Assembly: GCA_963729605.1 (NCBI GenBank)
Contig: CAVSNY010000006.1
Span: 64,001-128,000 of the forward strand
Direction of reading: 5' to 3'
Length of the DNA: 64,000 nucleotides
DNA from: an uncultured Gammaproteobacteria bacterium
Lineage (GTDB): Bacteria > Pseudomonadota > Gammaproteobacteria > DRLM01
Each line of letters opens with the position of its first letter. Position 1 is the stretch's first letter. Position numbers and translations under genes: made by a program. The notes under the pieces are model-generated. The model was not told where the DNA came from, did not search any database, and saw nothing but the letters and a program-made list of their open reading frames with translations. Shown here one piece after another: positions 60,204-64,000 of this stretch.

Positions 60204-61118
60204 ATGGCTGATTTCGACGATATGTTGTTGTTTGGGAAGCTGGTGGACCTGAAAAGTTTTACCGCGGTCGCCGAGGCCACGCGATTGTCACGCTCCTTGG
60301 TCAGCAAGCGCATCACCCAACTCGAACACCGGCTGGGCGTGCCCCTGGTCAACCGCACCACGCGACGAGTGGATCTGACCGACGCCGGCAAGACCCTCTA
60401 CCGTTATTGCAAGCAGATCGAACAGACCTGGCACGAGGCCGAGGCCGAACTCGCGGAGATCCGCCGCGCGCCGCGCGGGCTGTTGCGCATCAATGCGCCG
60501 GTGACCTTCGGCCAACTGGCGCTCCCCGAGGCGATCGTGGCCTTCCTCAGCGAATATCCGGACGTCAGGGTGGAACTCAGCCTGGCCGACCAATACGTCG
60601 ATCTCATTGAAGGCGGTTACGACCTGGCCGTGCGCATCGGCGACTTGCCCGACTCCACCCTCAAGGCGCGCAAGGTCGGCGCGACCCGCCTGCAGGTATT
60701 CGCCCATCGCGATTATTTGGAGAAACACGGCACGCCGCTCACGCCGCAGGACCTGCGCCGCCACAATTGCCTGGTCTACCATCACATGCGCGGCGGTCCC
60801 AACGAATGGCGCTTCGAGGGGCCGTCCGGCAGCGAGACCGTCACCGTGTCGGGCAACTTCAGCGCGGCCAACGGCGTACCGCTGTACCGGGCGGTCAAGG
60901 CCGGCCTCGGCATCGCCCTGCAGCCGCTGTTCGTGCTGGACGAAGCCCGCGACCCCGACATCGTCCACCTGCTGGAAGAATACTGCCGGCGTGAAATCGG
61001 TATTTATGCCGTCTATCCGCCCGGCCGCAAACCGCCGGTGAATACCCGCGCCTTCATCGACGTGCTGGCGCGGGTGTTGTCGCATAAAAAAGGGACGGAC
61101 GATGATCAAACCGAATAA
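60204..61118 (+). CDS. LysR family regulator (CrgA-like), divergent from yceI
   Basis: SFTAVA, VSKRI..LE..LGV.L.NRTTR, GLLRINAP, VDLI..GYDLAVRIG. Confidence 0.93.
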   Translation: MADFDDMLLFGKLVDLKSFTAVAEATRLSRSLVSKRITQLEHRLGVPLVNRTTRRVDLTDAGKTLYRYCKQIEQTWHEAEAELAEIRRAPRGLLRINAPVTFGQLALPEAIVAFLSEYPDVRVELSLADQYVDLIEGGYDLAVRIGDLPDSTLKARKVGATRLQVFAHRDYLEKHGTPLTPQDLRRHNCLVYHHMRGGPNEWRFEGPSGSETVTVSGNFSAANGVPLYRAVKAGLGIALQPLFVLDEARDPDIVHLLEEYCRREIGIYAVYPPGRKPPVNTRAFIDVLARVLSHKKGTDDDQTE

Positions 61119-61299
61119 TTACCGACACCGTAAGGGTCATGACTGAGATGTTCTCTTTTTTACTGACGGCGCATGGTTTCGAGGTATGGCTGCATCGGAT
61201 AAAAAATCCGCAATGCGGATACCATACCGTCGGGCCGGCGCGATATACCGCCGCCGGAAACGCCATCGCGGTTCAGCGGTCACAACGGCGAATCACCCT

Positions 61300-62259
61300 A
61301 TGAGTTTACAAACGGCCATGACCTCGGACACATCCTCGCCCGCCGCCACGCCGCCGCTTAACCAAGGCTGTGAATACCGCGAACGGCTCGGCCCCGCGGC
61401 GGACGGCCAACTCTTGCTCGATTACCTCTGTTGCCACTATCGCCATTCCTCGCCGGCGGAGTGGGCGGCGCGGATTGCCGCGGGCTTCGTGTCGATCGAC
61501 GCGGTAACCGCGCAGGCCGACCAGGTATTGCGCAGCGGCGGCGAGCTGGTCTGGCGCCGTCCGCCGTGGAGCGAACCCACCGCGCCGACCTCCTTCACCG
61601 TGCTCTACGAAGACCGCGATTTGCTCGCGGTCGGCAAGCCGGCCGGTTTGCCGACGCTGCCCGGCGCCAATTTTCTGCAAACAACGCTGCTTTATCAGGT
61701 ACAGCGTTATGCGCCCGATGCCGCCCCGCTCCACCGCCTGGGCCGTTGGACATCGGGGCTGGTATTGTGCGCCCGTAACCACGCCGCCCGGACCGAATTG
61801 ATGCGGCAATGGTCGGCGAAAGAAATCGGCAAGCGTTACCGCGCCCTCGCCGGCGGGCGGCCGGCGTGGAGAGAACGGATCATCACCACGCCCATCGGGC
61901 CCGTGCCGCACCCCGTGCTCGGCACGCTGCACGCCGCCACCCCCGCCGGCAAAGCGGCCGTATCGCGGGTGCGGGTGCTTGAATATCGCGCGGAGGGCTT
62001 TCTGGGCGATGTCTGGATCGAGACCGGCCGGCCGCATCAGATTCGCATCCATCTCGCGGCGGCAGGCCACCCGCTGGCGGGCGATCCGCTGTATAACGCG
62101 GGCGGTTTACCCGCGCCGGACAGCCGGGCCCTGCCGGGCGATCCGGGTTATCAACTCCATTCCGCCGAGCTGAGCTTCCGCCATCCCGGCACGGGACGCC
62201 GGCTCGTCGTCGAATGCGAACCGCCGCCGTCATTGCGACTTGCCGCCGAGGCGCCGTAA
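61300..62259 (+). CDS. RluA-family pseudouridine synthase homologue, catalytic Asp replaced by Gly
   Basis: KPAGLP, HRLGRWTSG, KRYRAL, TGRPHQIRIH...GHPL.GD..Y, LHS. Confidence 0.88.
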   Translation: MSLQTAMTSDTSSPAATPPLNQGCEYRERLGPAADGQLLLDYLCCHYRHSSPAEWAARIAAGFVSIDAVTAQADQVLRSGGELVWRRPPWSEPTAPTSFTVLYEDRDLLAVGKPAGLPTLPGANFLQTTLLYQVQRYAPDAAPLHRLGRWTSGLVLCARNHAARTELMRQWSAKEIGKRYRALAGGRPAWRERIITTPIGPVPHPVLGTLHAATPAGKAAVSRVRVLEYRAEGFLGDVWIETGRPHQIRIHLAAAGHPLAGDPLYNAGGLPAPDSRALPGDPGYQLHSAELSFRHPGTGRRLVVECEPPPSLRLAAEAP

Positions 62260-62501
62260 ATTACCTTGGCCATGAGCGAAACGGACCGAGCGCGCCACCT
62301 GTCCGATTGACGGCGCGGCTTGGCCTCCCCTGGTCATTCGGCGCCGCGGGTTACCATGTCCGAGGTCGTCGAGATAGATCACGCGGCCGCGCCTGGTGAC
62401 AGGCGATCAAAATCCTGCTTTAGTGGCGGCCGGCGGTACGCGGCTCGAACCGACACGATAATGTAGCGTCCGTCATTTTTAAAACTAAGGAGGGCGACAA
62501 C

Positions 62502-63533
62502 ATGATGCGGATTCACAAAACCCGGCGGATGGCGGCGGGAATGATTACGACGGCATTTTGCTTCAGCGCGGTTCACCTCGTTCATGCCGAGGAGGTGCCG
62601 CCGGCCTCATCCGACAAACCGGTCGTGGAACAGATCGTCGATCTTCAAACCAAACTGGCCAAGGGACCTCATGCCGGCTTTCGCTCCAACCACGCCAAGG
62701 GCATCATGGCCAGCGGCACGTTTACTCCGGCGGCCACCGCCGCCGGCCTGAGCAAAGCGCCGCATTTACAAACGGCCAGCAGTCCGGTCATCGTCCGCTT
62801 CTCGAACGCCACCGGCGTACCGACCATCCCGGACGCCAGCCCCAACGCCAATCCACGCGGCATGGCCATTCGCTTTCAACTCGCCGATGGCGGCCATACC
62901 GACATCGTCGCCATCTCGGTCAACGGCTTTCCCGTCGCGACGCCCGAGGAATTTTTAGGTTTGCTCAGCGCGGTCGCCGCCAGCGGTTCCGGCGCGACGC
63001 AACCCGCCCCGATCGAAACGTTCTTGGAGACTCATCCCGCCGCGCTGAGATTCGTCACGACACCCAAACCCGCCCCCGTCAGTTTCGCGACGCAGACCTT
63101 TTTTGGCGTGAACGCCTTCGCCTTCAGCAACGCCAAGGGCGAAACCCGTTTCGGCCGTTATCGCATCGTGCCGGTGGCCGGCGCGCAGGCCCTTACCGAA
63201 GAACAAGCGGCGAACGCGGCGCCCAATTATTTAATGGATGAATTGCCGGCGCGGCTAAAACAAGGAGAGGTAAAATTTCGCCTCTTGGTCCAGTTGGCCG
63301 AAGAAGGCGACGTGATCGATGACCCCACCGTGATATGGCCGGACAGCAGGCCACAGGTGGAGTTGGGCGTGTTGACGCTGGAAGCGGCGCTGCCCGACAG
63401 CCAGCAAGTGGAGAAAACCATCATGTTTAGCCCCTTGAATCTACCGGACGGAATAGCGGGTTCGGCCGATCCGATCCTGGCCGCGCGGCCCGCGGCTTAC
63501 GCCATCAGTTTCGGACGTCGTTTCGCCGAATGA
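62502..63533 (+). CDS. secreted catalase-related peroxidase (SrpA-like)
   Basis: Signal peptide, R.NHAKG, RFS, RGMAIRF, DPT..WP, R..AY..S proximal Tyr. Confidence 0.9.
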   Translation: MMRIHKTRRMAAGMITTAFCFSAVHLVHAEEVPPASSDKPVVEQIVDLQTKLAKGPHAGFRSNHAKGIMASGTFTPAATAAGLSKAPHLQTASSPVIVRFSNATGVPTIPDASPNANPRGMAIRFQLADGGHTDIVAISVNGFPVATPEEFLGLLSAVAASGSGATQPAPIETFLETHPAALRFVTTPKPAPVSFATQTFFGVNAFAFSNAKGETRFGRYRIVPVAGAQALTEEQAANAAPNYLMDELPARLKQGEVKFRLLVQLAEEGDVIDDPTVIWPDSRPQVELGVLTLEAALPDSQQVEKTIMFSPLNLPDGIAGSADPILAARPAAYAISFGRRFAE

Positions 63534-64000
63534 ATATATCCACGGCGTCGCGTTGTTATGCAACGCATGGACACTGACGCGCGAGAAAATCATAAAACTG
63601 AAGCGCCGCGGGCTGGGTAGCCAAACCCAGCCCTATCGCCACCCTCCCATTGCCGTGATTGGTGCGGTTATCATTTTATCTACCTCGCCGGTTCGTTCAT
63701 GCATAGGTGGCTTAGCTGGAATTCGACCTACGGGACTGCGGCAACGAACCGAGTTGTGCAATCACGTCGAACTCGTGGCGGTCACTGAACTGAACGCCGA
63801 TGGCCGCTGCGCAACTTGTCGTCGATATGATGGGACGCGGTAATCGAACAGGCCAAGACGACTGGTTGGCTGGGCGCGCCAACCCGGTTCGAACCTTGGG
63901 CGCATCAAGCGGCATTACATGTTGAAACGAGAGACCGGAAATCGTGATCTCATCGCGGAAGAGGAATCGCAGCTCAATAAAAAAGGGTTGCATCGCTGCA

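Noticed and set aside
63534-64000. Short ORFs after the catalase-like gene, including an expected cytochrome b561 partner
   Set aside because: There is no hydrophobic His-containing ORF or recognisable motif, and the window edge limits interpretation.
1-64000. CRISPR array, tRNA/rRNA, integrase, prophage or defence genes
   Set aside because: No regularly spaced direct repeats, RNA-gene signatures or such proteins were seen.

Overview
GC-rich bacterial chromosome segment, most consistent with an environmental Gamma/Betaproteobacterium (inferred from gene content). It has no rRNA, tRNA, CRISPR array or intact transposase. Contents in order: partial ABC substrate-binding protein; nfeD-stomatin; VKOR-DsbA fusion with moeA; a frameshifted di-heme cytochrome c; sensor kinases; a candidate copper-handling cluster (TlpA, lipoprotein, CxxCxC beta-barrel, YcnI/DUF1775); MFS; mtgA; a Kelch protein; a PAS-GGDEF-EAL protein; nirB-nirD-nasA; mobA/moaB; a putative NikR-controlled porin + DUF4198 locus with copCD; an IclR-linked operon encoding a transketolase/phosphoketolase-like ThDP enzyme, a DUF1537 acid-sugar kinase and glcDEF; APS reductase; a TPAT (TatT-TRAP) transporter; nasFED, a porin and nasT with two clear ANTAR leaders and sigma-54 promoters; pirin/LysR; a PEP-CTERM protein; csp; O-methyltransferase; yceI/LysR; an RluA homologue lacking the catalytic Asp; and a catalase-related peroxidase. 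The top candidate for an undescribed system is the 35.4-44.4 kb operon, which could encode glycolate/glyoxylate salvage via 3-oxo-tetronate (inference). Several palindromic or MITE-like intergenic elements are also present.
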